Origin: a virus
Strand: one strand, 5' to 3'
DNA length: 12,967 nucleotides
UHGV virus genome: UHGV-0805728
In this document: in pieces, positions 12,964 to 12,967 of the stretch
How positions within the stretch are numbered: position 1 is the stretch's first letter
How the letters are laid out: every line of letters starts with the position of its first letter
Translations under genes and position numbers: made by a program
The notes under the pieces: model-generated
Told to the model about the DNA's origin: nothing
Seen by the model: the letters and a program-made list of their open reading frames with translations, nothing else
Databases searched by the model: none

Positions 12964-12967
12964 TTGT

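Noticed and set aside
1-12967. CRISPR arrays, long direct or inverted repeats, mobile elements
   Set aside because: No repeated spacer-repeat periodicity, no transposase or integrase-like ORF, and no long repeats were seen on reading the sequence.

Overview
This 13 kb window is coded entirely on the minus strand and reads like the nucleotide-metabolism module of a large virulent (T4-like) phage. In transcription order (high to low coordinate) it carries two small ORFans, class Ia ribonucleotide reductase nrdA and nrdB, glutaredoxin-like nrdC, anaerobic class III reductase nrdD, a 38-aa Cys-rich ORF, the activase nrdG, a 37-aa Lys-rich ORF, an ORFan, a PhoH-like ATPase, an ORFan, a ClpP-family peptidase with a long C-terminal extension, a small Dam-like DNA adenine methyltransferase, and about ten further small ORFans including membrane peptides. 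Many neighbouring genes overlap by ATGA/GTGA, suggesting translational coupling. The most striking observation is five single-nucleotide frame breaks in otherwise intact genes (nrdA, nrdD twice, the ClpP-like gene, one ORFan). Three coincide with A-runs, so sequencing indels are the most likely cause and recoding or pseudogenisation are alternatives. Other signals are three sigma70-type promoters (two near-consensus) sitting directly after stop codons and two UUCG-tetraloop hairpins. All plus-strand ORFs in the track look like antisense artefacts. Family calls rest on motif recognition and recalled E. coli sequences, not on database searches; coordinates of short motifs may be off by 1-2 nt.
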